From assembly GCA_051294905.1 (NCBI GenBank), contig CM119374.1, forward strand, positions 9,362,001 through 9,426,000: DNA of 64,000 bases, written 5' to 3'. This DNA is from Botryllus schlosseri. Lineage: Eukaryota. The notes beneath the pieces were generated by a model. The model ran no database searches. It was given only the letters and a program-made list of their open reading frames with translations, and was not told where the DNA came from. The position numbers and the translations under genes were made by a program. The stretch's first letter is position 1; each line of letters starts with the position of its first letter. Positions 1 through 10,400 of this stretch are shown here, piece after piece.

Positions 1-150
1 TAATCGTGATTAGTGATCGTTATCGATTACGACAATTACAGCATTTTCAAGTAATCGTATCGCAATCGATTACATTCGAAAAAATCCGAAGTAATTGTAA
101 TCGTAATAGATCATTTCGCATATCTAATCGATTTGTGGAAGAACGATTAC
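1..150. repeat. GTAATC/GATTAC motif array, probably subterminal repeats of a DNA-transposon end; continues beyond the window
   Basis: Dense TAATCG/GATTAC repeats. The same motif recurs at 1590-1738 and about 30583-30660. Confidence 0.6.
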
Positions 151-496
151 TTTTTACTTGTAAAAGGACTATGACAATTGACTATTCGTGAAGAAGGAAA
201 AGTGTAATATTATATCAGGTTATAGATCGCAAATATGTAGGATTTGCAAACTCCATTGCTCAATATTACCTCAACAGTATTAGCTTTGCTCGTCATCGCG
301 TAATGAATTATCCACAAGTAGTAAATAGATACTCGATGTGTACATGTAGTATGATGCGATTGTATAAGAATCACGCATGTCGTTACGTTACGCATGTTTT
401 TTGTTCAACTGCCGAAATATTATTCTTATGTAGCCATACTTGAAAGGACCATCAATCGTTAATTCGCAATTCTTTACTCAACACTTAGATCTTAAA

Positions 497-909
497 CCAC
501 CATCCTCTTAACCGCCGGTCCGTGGCAAGTTTCCTGCCGGTCCGCGACGTCCAAAACGAGTGAAGATGGTCGCTTGTCCATTATTGAGGGAAATAAAACA
601 TCGAATTGTAAATTTATTGAAAAGTTATATGTGAACGCTGCGGAAGACTTTTAACAATCGTCGTTTAATTCCGACAGTGCAAATACGCGATACTAGCACT
701 ATAATAAGGCCTGGTAAACAGCATCTAATGGTTCAAGGGAAACCGACAAATCACGATCCACATAGTGGTGATTAGCAGGACTTCGCAAACCTCGCCTTGT
801 GTAAACTTCAACAGAATCACCCAAAAATATTCGAAGGTTTACCGGTCCGAGACATTTTTGTTTTGAAGTTTTAGCCGTCCGCGAGATCACAAAAGGTTTA
901 GAACCACTG
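497..909. mobile_element. Decayed hAT (Charlie/Buster-type) MITE
   Basis: CCGGTCCG motifs and the right terminus AAAAGGTTTAGAACCACTG (891-909) resemble the ends of the element at 24526-26086. Left end eroded; no TSD seen. Confidence 0.55.
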
Positions 910-1589
910 TGAATCTATACCATATTAGAGAGGGTTGTAGCCAGAATCAGGGCTGATACAGCACTTCTTCAACCCTTCCCCAAAACGTCGGTCTTGGACC
1001 CCCATAGGATGAGCAGCCCTTATTAATGTTGGTCTTGCCCTCCCCCCCCCCATAGGGTGATTATTCAATCTTCTGATTCATGAGTGAATTTCGTCAATAA
1101 CTTTGGTAAATTATTAATATTATTGTAGATGGTAAAACATGAAGTGGTGCAGCATATCACCATGAAAGGTATGCTGCACCACTTGCAAAGTTAATCGTAA
1201 AGAATAGTCAATTCATGACAAATACATATGAAAAGGTTAAATAAATCACAGCAAGGCGTGACAAAGGTCTACGAATTCGGTGACAGCACTAAGAAGTTGT
1301 GGGTTAATTAGAATGTTATAAGTAGTGGACGGGATATTTAGTCCATCACAGTAGGATACTGTTTTACCATATGTCTATGGTGAGCGTATTTACAACAAGA
1401 TGAAAGAAAATGATCGACAGTGTCTGGTACAACATTGATAAATGAATATATTATTATTTTCTGTCGTCTCACATACCATGTGGTCAGATTTACCGGTAGA
1501 GCAGAGAGAGGTAGTAACTGCGAAAATTTAGGGCACGTAATTAATAATGCTATCATATTCGGGCAAAGATAAATTCTAAGAAGCAAAAT

Positions 1590-1738
1590 AAATGTACTCG
1601 TGATTACTTTTCCAATATAATCGTAATCATAATCGTAATCGACTACTTTCAGATTTTGCTGTAATCGTCATCGTAATCGCGTGATTAAGAAATAATCGTA
1701 ATCGCTATCGATTACATTCCTGAAGTAATCACCCCATG
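1590..1738. repeat. GTAATC motif array ending in a CACCCCATG terminus-like sequence
   Basis: Repeated GTAATC/TAATCG ending in GTAATCACCCCATG. The mirror image CATGGGGTAATCG opens the array near 30583. Confidence 0.55.
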
Positions 1739-3839
1739 TCCGTATGTGATAGGCGTATTTACAACATGATAAAAGTATCAGGAGTATCAGAAAATGAACA
1801 TAAGTACATCCAAAATGCACTTTCAGGCGGCATTGGCCGGAACGAAGCCGAAACATCATACTTCCATGATGGCACGATAAACGCGTTGACGGTATTCTGT
1901 CAAATACTGAGGCTTGAAATTTTCGATAATGGCATCATTTTTCATCAATCCTGTATTCAATATCCCATCCGGAGTGGTTAATCTTGTGAATTTCATTAAC
2001 CTCCGAGAAGTGGATGGTTTGTGACCGGAGAGGCGCGGATTGGGTAGCTCTAGTCCGCGCTAGTTCATACTTAATTTCATTTCTTGGAATGTCACCGTGG
2101 CTAAGTATCCTTCCGAGGAATACGTCAATGAACTTGAACTGCACAATAATAATGACATCTTCCACATATAATCTTACTGGTTTGAATTCCCATGTTTAGT
2201 TTACCCATTTTACATTAGCCTCCTATATACACGTAAGTGTGTATTTCAGGGTGGCCATCACGTCGATCACGATGACTACACTTCGATGAATACAAGTTGC
2301 AGGTTATTAGGGTGCATAAATATGTTTTAATTTTACCAATATGATGTATAGCCGGTCACTTCACGGATTCAATATTTGGACAATACTGGTCACACCATAA
2401 GAGAAATTAATCATAAACTTGTTAATATCTAGTGTTATACTTTTCAAGTTATGACTCATAAGGAAGCGATTGGAACGCTACAAACGTAGCATTAGTTCGC
2501 GGGTACGGGCAGAAATAAATCGACTATAGGGATGATAAATTTCAGATTTGGTCTAGAATCGCTATGCCAGACTGTTTTGCCGAATGCTGCCTGCGTGTCA
2601 GGGTTTGGACCATCCTCATATGATATAAGGCGCAGAGGAGGGGGGATTTTGCTTTAGAATTGTAACGGTTACACCAAATTCTTCATGTATGAACTGTCGA
2701 GTAGTCATCTGGTAATTTTCGAACACATGTTCCTTTTGGTTGCTATTTTGTTGACAATATGTCCGAATTTGAAATTTGAAATCTCTCCTTTACCCACAAT
2801 CTCCCCCTTGTTTTAAAACTAGTTCGGATGGGCCAGAAGTGCAGTTCGCGAGACAATTATGTTCGGCCGGTGACGGCCTCTGAACCAACTTTTTCATAAA
2901 CTGACAAATGTTTTGCCGAATCCATCACAACGAGAGTAGCACCATGGAAGTATTTATCTCATTTAGGTCAATATTTTTCCTATAGTGAAAAAATATTCCT
3001 ACGCCATCGATTAAAGTAAAAGAGATCGCAAGTAAATTTGCTTTATGTTTAGTGAAGAGCTACCCGAGCGAGAAAAAATATTTTGAACCTGGTAAAATGC
3101 TTCCGAAACGGAAAGTGACGAACTAATTCATTGTGCCATATTTATTATCCAGGCGGCAAAAGGGACCATGCCTCCAATTCGTTTGTAATTATTTAATGAG
3201 AAATATATAAACTATTTTGAGGCTAATTCATTTCACCGTAAATATTGCTTCGCGCGCTTTGCACGATTTAGTGTCACTAGACAATTAAAAATGAAAGAAT
3301 AACGCATTAATTACACTTGTTTTACTGAAAGGAGTCAAACTATATTCGCAATTATGAAAGGACCGTACTTTCCCAATATAACTTACAAAAATTGAATGCG
3401 ATCATGATTCGAGAAGAATAAAGAGAAAAATACAAACAAAGTTAGGCCTACGGCGAGGAATACTGAGGGTTTCGCTGTTTCAGTAAATTGTCAACGGGGA
3501 CAGCAACTTTATTTCAATTCGTTTTCATAATCATGTACGTTTCTGGATGTATAAATGGCCTTCCTGCGCGATAAAATTATTATTATGACTCCCAAAACTC
3601 AAATGAATTCATATCCCATGCGTTTCTGCATAGGATGTCTCATCTCATTTAGTAATTGTGATTAGAAGCTGCATGTAGCCACATAATCTTCAAAGGTGAG
3701 AAATATGCGTCGCAATTCTTGCAACGTATACGAGACGTAGAAGGAGCGATACAGATGTAATTTCTCGTTGCAGTTTAAGATAATCAGCCAATCTCTATAA
3801 ACGATAGATACTTTGGACTTTGAAGCGATCAGTCTAAGG

Positions 3840-4538
3840 CAGAGGTCGCCAACTCAACACGGATCGCGGGCCACTGTTCAGATTTCGTAGCGGCCGCGGG
3901 CCGCATGAATTCAATATCAATATAGAATATAGGCCACATAGCTTAGCAACGACGTTTTAAAACGTTATGCCAGTACAACGCTTTGCTATCTAACATAGGC
4001 GATGGGCATTATAGTTAACTCAAAATATTTTATTAAAGGAATACAAATACAAGAAAAATCATGATCATCAATCTCATTATATTCTGAACTTCGAGCTGTG
4101 CACGATACCAGGCAACACTTCTCGGCGACTAAGGAATCGATATCGGGGCTTGCGAGAGACGTAACTAGCTGAAAGACCATCTCCACGTGAAGCTTGGTGA
4201 TGGCGAAGCCCGAAGCCGTCTTTTATGCGCCCATCGGTCTTGGCAGTGTTTGGGCCATCGCAGTTAAAGCAGTATGCCTATGCCCAATGGCCATCCATAT
4301 CAGCTGATTATCAATCGATTGAATGCTCTTGCCATCGCCAAAGCCGTTCGTTTTAGTTAGTCAGGAATTGTGATGTTGGGCACAGGAAAAAATAGTCTAT
4401 TTTGAACCAATAACAACAATATGTTGAAACTGTAATCAATTTCAGCATTTCAAAATGCTTTTCTTAGCATTCTTCCAAAATTTCAAATCAAGTCGGGGGC
4501 CGCAAAATATGACCTGGCCACGTGCTCGTGACGAGTGA
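3840..4538 (-). mobile_element. Internally deleted Charlie/Buster hAT element carrying the transposase C-terminal remnant
   Basis: Starts CAGAGGTCGCCAAC with GCGGGCC motifs. The minus-strand frame VFQLVTSLASPDIDSLVAEKCCLVS resembles the Charlie/Buster transposase C-terminus. Homologous to 20345-20993. Right end degenerate. Confidence 0.7.
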
Positions 4539-5569
4539 CAAGTTTCGCGCTCGGCTCGGTGTAGCACAGGTGAAAGGCTTAGCATTGCGAGTAGAGATCG
4601 TGAATCCGGATCTACGAACCATAAATATATGATATACGGTGATCGATCAAACTCGATAATTATGAAAAATTTATTTTGCTTTCATTGACCGTACCAATGT
4701 CGTCATATCAGGGTCCTAGCTCCTAGATCCTGTGATTTTGATAATTCAATCAAATCGACCATTACTGTTTTTGACGTTTCATGCTACGACAACATATTTC
4801 GGTTACCAGTAAAATCCATAGAAACTGGGTCGGAAGAATTGCTTACAATTTATCATGAACCTGAATTATTTTATTGTCTACTTTATGCAGACTGATTTGC
4901 TCCGTTTATAGTTCCGTTGAAATCAGTGGTTCCATTTTTGTTCGTGACTTAAACGTGATAATATTGGCGATCTTAGTGTTGATTCACAAATGAATCATGA
5001 TAAGTAACAAACGCAGAAGCTCCAGCTCCAGCACTTATCATCAAGCCTGGTGTTGTCGACGCCGAGATAGAATAAATACTATATTATATTGACATGTATC
5101 GCCGTTGCTGCGACCCAATAATTCCTTGAAGTAACAATGTTGAACGTTTCAAATCCATACATTTATTATATTCACATAACGTAAAAAAGCAGACAATAGC
5201 GATTGACACAAACCTTCACGTAATCAGGCAACGTACAAAAGATACACAGCTTTAGGCAAAGCCCATGCATACGGCTCCATGAACATCAAAGTCAGCAGCA
5301 ATTTCATTCACATAATTAAGAACTCCTAACTGGGAGCTGTCATTCCAGACTATGGCACTCTAGTACTTTCTGTCGTGAGTGATTTTCCATGATCAACCAA
5401 TCTTTCCATGGACATAACCAACCGGTGTATAGCCTACATACCTTGGCTGCAAATACTAGGCAAATTCCCTACTTCCATACTGACTACACACTACTACTTT
5501 ATCTGCAACATCCCAACACACGCTCAAATACAGCCAACTCCGGTATACTCACTTAAAAACTGACACACG

Positions 5570-5594
5570 CATCCATCCATCCATCCATCCATCC
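5570..5594. repeat. (CATC)n microsatellite
   Basis: About 6 direct units of CATC. Confidence 0.95.
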
Positions 5595-5993
5595 ACAGTC
5601 CACACCCACTTCCACTCTGTCGGTAGCATCAATCCAAACGGCACTCTTGAACATTCTCGAAACCAGGAGGCCACAGTACAACAAACATGCAGCTCATTTG
5701 AAATAATAATATGACTTTGTTTTACTCATACATACTGTTACTCATTGTATCACTATACGAAGAACTATTCCCGTCATGATGAAATCGACATTTCTTAATG
5801 TGGTACTCGGACAATCAGTAATAATGTCACTCAAATGAGAAGACACGTAGTTTATTTAGTCTACTCCAATATAGAAGGATTATCACGAATTGCAATGTGT
5901 ACTATTTATCATACGAAATTCCGTACGTGATCTTGGAATCCACAAGCCTTATGGTTACATTTTTCTATAGCCATCAACTACTAGAATCTAGAT

Positions 5994-7097
5994 CAGGGGT
6001 GGGCAAACTTCTGAGCTCGCGGGCCGCATTCAACATCTGAATCCATTCGCGGGCCGCACTGTATAAAATTGGGATTATAAACCAAACGCAATATTGATAT
6101 TTGATTATATAGTGAGGACATGGAGATAATACAGTTATGCTTATTTAAAACAAACCAAACAAAACATTGCATTGATGATATCGTACACGCGTCAGAAACA
6201 TATATAGTGGTGAGATCTCATAGGCTGTAGGACCTCAATAACCAATTTGTCAAAACTATAGAGATCAAAGTCGGTTGAGCCGATTGTTTGAACAGGATTG
6301 AAATTTAAATCTGAGAGAAGCGATCTGCTCATTGATTTACCAATTCCACTTTTGGTTCAGTTCCAGGACACACAATGCTGACAGTATCCATGTTAGCATC
6401 AAACACGCTTCTACTATGTGTGGATAAAATATAAATACCCCAATTCTACGCATACAGACAACGAACCTACCTAAGACACGCCCGAATCGTTTTTTTATCA
6501 GCACAACACTAAAATTATTAAAAATGGAGTGGCCAATCTGAAATCCCTCTCGTGATCCAAATTATTTCAATCTCGTTGCAGCTAACTCGCTGTGATATTA
6601 AGTATTTTCCTTAGATCAGTGGTTCCCAAACTTTTTAAGGCAATTATGGTGGTGAAAGATCTTGCGCCCCCTTATCGTCATATCACAAAACGCATCCAGG
6701 TTGCTAGCAAACCTAACGGGTAGTTTGATGGCATGGAAGGTTACGACTGTGGATGAGAGATTTGTAGATGTAATTCAGACTAAAGACAGAGCAATATCAT
6801 TGAACTGGACGTAAATCGCGCGGAGCGCGAAAATTTTTTCTGTAAAGCGCAGCTTAGCGCCTCCCTTCAGCTGCTTTCACGTCCCCAGGGGGGCGCGCGC
6901 ACCAGTTTGAGAGTAACTGTCTTAGAATTATCATGGTGAAATATACTAATAAAAAGTTAATCAAGTCACTGCATTAATTCGATTTTTAGTACCCATTTTA
7001 TCAATATTTTTAAAAAGTTTTTTCAGACTCTCGCGGGCCGCACAGAACGGTGTGGCGGGCCGCATGCGGCCCGCGGGCCGTAGTTTGCCCACCCCTG
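5994..7097. mobile_element. Non-autonomous Charlie/Buster hAT element with a nested MITE
   Basis: TIRs CAGGGGTGGGCAAACT / AGTTTGCCCACCCCTG; perfect 8-bp TSD ATCTAGAT (5986-5993, 7098-7105); GCGGGCCGC subterminal motifs. Homologous to 35344-36204. Confidence 0.92.
6617..6919. mobile_element. MITE nested in 5994-7097
   Basis: Ends CAGTGGTTCCCAAAC / GTTTGAGAGTAACTG; imperfect TSD CCTTAGAT vs TCTTAGAA. Confidence 0.7.
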
Positions 7098-7223
7098 ATC
7101 TAGATGATACGAGTTCCCCAAATATAAATTACAGGCGTATGTGGTGACACCATTGATAGTATAAATGGTGTAGCTAACTTCATTGTGGAAACCGTTCTCT
7201 ATACTGCAGTCTCTTTGAAATAT

Positions 7224-7418
7224 TCAAATTTCTTTTTCGCAAATTATTCCGTGAACAGCGTATGTTCGCACCCAATTGAACACGCCGAAATTTGCACCAC
7301 TTCTTCGTGCTGCCAAAAACATTTTTATATGTGTAGACGTGGATTTCGGGTAAGTTGGATGCCAGTGAAATCCACTTGTATCCACCTCGGTTCCAGATCG
7401 GTAGATTACGGTAGACGT
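7224..7418 (-). CDS. Collectin-like exon 4: C-terminal half of the CTLD
   Basis: Acceptor TTTTTGACAG; TSTVIYRSGTEVDTSGFHWHPTYPK...HGIICEKEI*. Same length (195 nt) as, and similar sequence to, the paralogous exon 21588-21782. Missed by the ORF track because it has no start codon. Confidence 0.88.
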   Translation of the reverse strand, partial: TSTVIYRSGTEVDTSGFHWHPTYPKSTSTHIKMFLAARRSGANFGVFNWVRTYAVHGIICEKEI

Positions 7419-10400
7419 CTGTCAAAAATAACGGATGATAGCTTTCCGAATATCACACGCATATTTTTCCCAATACAGAATCAACTCCAATCTAATCCTT
7501 CTAATCAAATATCTGCTAGAATAATTTCCAGTCAGTCAAGAGCAGTAGGCTACGCCACGTGAAAAGATATTGAAATAATTCAGAGTATTCCACTTTGTTC
7601 ATTGTACTTGTATATATCGCCTATCCCATTTTAGAAATGGTAAATAGAGTATGTAATTTTCAGAGTCCGTGAATACCTGTGCCAACGGCAAATAAATCCA
7701 CGGATTACATCGTTTGAGAGAAACTGACATAAGCACCAGCAGAATCCAACCAAACCCGAACCCTAACCCAATCTTAAAAGGGCACTGCACTCTAAAAATG
7801 ATGTGGTCTCAAAATGAAGGCAAACGAAAGAAAACTTTTGGCCGCAGCCGTTTTCTTCAGAACGCCACCGTATAATAGGGCTCTTCAAAAATGACTTTTT
7901 TTCTCAAATCGTACTGGCTACTTGATAAAATTGTTAAGTTACCTAATTTAAGCCTACACACAAAATTTGGTTCAATTCCAGCCAGTAACCGCTTTGCTAC
8001 AGGAGAAGAAAGTTTCTATTTATTATATAAAAATAAATGGTAAAAAATTTGGAAATTTTCTGTTTACCCCATGAAAGTGTTAGGCTGTCTATACAAACGA
8101 TGCTCACCAAATTTGGTTCATTTCCAACCAGTGGAAGCGGGGTTATTGCCATCGAAAAAATTTGGATTTGAATAAAATAGTATTTACGGTGACCGATTCT
8201 TTCTTCATTTATTATAGTTGTGCTCACCGTAAATACTATTTTATCAAAATCCAAATTTTTCGACAGCAATAACTCCGCTTCCACTGGTTGGAAATGAACC
8301 AAATTTGGTGAGCATCGTTTGTATAGACAGCCTAACACTTTCATGGGGTAAACAGAAAATTTCCAAATTTTTTACCATTTATTTTTATATAACAAATAGA
8401 AACTTTCTTCTCCTGCAGCAAAGCGGTTACTGGCTGGAATTAGACCAAATTTTGTGTGTAGGCTTAAATTAGGTAACCTAACAATTTTATCAAGTAGCCA
8501 GTACGATTTGAGAAAAAAAGTCATTTTTGAAGAGCCCTACCGTATAATGGAGCTGTATTGTATTGAAATTTCCGCAGATGCATCACGCTCCAGCAGTCAC
8601 GCAGAGATCGATTGAGATCGCATCATTTTTAGAGTGCAGTGCCACTGTAACTCATAGCAAAACTTGAATCAAACTCTAAAGACGAACAGGCGCTTACTGA
8701 ACCCGACGCTAAACTACTTTATTATTAAAATCGCTGTTTGAATGTGTCGCAATTACGGCATTAACTATTTCTAGACAGTAGCCCTAATGAATGAATCAAA
8801 ATTTGACATGGCTCACTCATATGAAGCTCGCTAATTTGGCATTAGATATTACTCTTATGAAGCTCGCTAATTTGACATTAGATATTATGACTGAAACGTT
8901 ATTAAGAAGTGGATAATTTGAAACGCACTGTTTTGAAACCGGCTGTTTCACCGGAATGCCATTTTTATGACAATACATCCTTGTGCATCAGGTTTTGTAG
9001 GTTTAAAGGTCTTCTTCGTAGTGAACATTCTACAATTACTGAACCTTTTAGCGGGGTTCGAAACATAGAACACAGTGGACGGCACAATAGATTTGAGTAT
9101 CTGTTTCGAGGGGCCCCCAGATTACCGAAACTTTTGAACCGCTTGCCTTAGTGGCGCAGTGACGGGCCTCACTAACTTGGCGGGTTCCGGTACTTCGTAT
9201 ATGATCAATTGATCAGTATGATCAGGGAATAGCATCGTCGACCTGCGTCGTCTGATATAGCAGCTATAGGAATGGTGTGAACGTGAGGTTCAGGTTTTCG
9301 TTCTGTCTGTGAACCTCGGAAATTTATAGGTTCACGTTCAAAAACGAACCTTGGTAGGTTCTGCACTGTGAACCTTTTTCATGTATTACAATTTTCACTT
9401 CATTATAACATCTTTGGATGAAATTTATTGCATTTCAACTTCAACTGCGGACCACTCTATGCATGGCGCTGGCAGCATAAAAAATCAACACTAAACGACC
9501 ATGCACCTTGACAATCTCTAAAGTTTACTTGTTTTGTTACAAACGTTTGCTCGAAATATCCAGCTTTCCATTTGTGAATATTTCTCTCTGCTGGTGAGCA
9601 TGACCCGCAATCACACAACATCGAGAGCGAAATACGCGACATGTAGTCAGCGAATGATGCTTATTCAACCAATCAATGAAATTATTACCGTTTGGCTGAT
9701 GTATAAAAATCTATCTTGCGTACGGGGTCAATCTTGACTTCAATGGGGTAATATAGGTAGCAAGTATAGAAATCCGGTTTACACTCTGCTCAATGTCAAC
9801 GTAGCAATATTCAGACACCGAATACATTGTCCGGTCTGGCCTACCGATAAGGCGTATGCTTATATTCACTTGCAAGTCCTCGTCGAAATTATTGGTAAAG
9901 TGACGGAAGATATTGATTTTATGGGATTATTATATCATTTGATTGCCCCAGATGATACATCTGGCGAAGTTTAAGACGTCAATATGTACTACAGCATTGT
10001 GCCATTATGGGGCCCGAGTCGTTGATAGGTATCGTGTACATTAATATTATAGATAGTAGGGATGGTGTGAACCTCTGAAAGGTTCAGGTTCGTGTGAACG
10101 CGAACCTTTTTGAAAGGTTCTGTGTGAACGCGAACGTGAACCTCATGACGTCACGCGACGGATATTGGCAGTTCCCACCCTATATTTCAGTGAAGTGATA
10201 GCCTATATTAATGTACACGATACGGAGCGACGACTCAGGCCACATAATTCCACAATGCTGAAGTACATATTGACGTTTTAAACGTCGCTAAATGTGTCAA
10301 CTGGGGCAATCAAATGATTTAATAATCCCATAAAGTCAATATCTTCCGTTGCTTTGCCAAGAATTTCGACGCGGCCTTGCAAGCAAATATAAGCTTACGC

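Noticed and set aside
7185-7562. 125-aa plus-strand ORF
   Set aside because: Antisense shadow of lectin exon 4; no recognisable motif.
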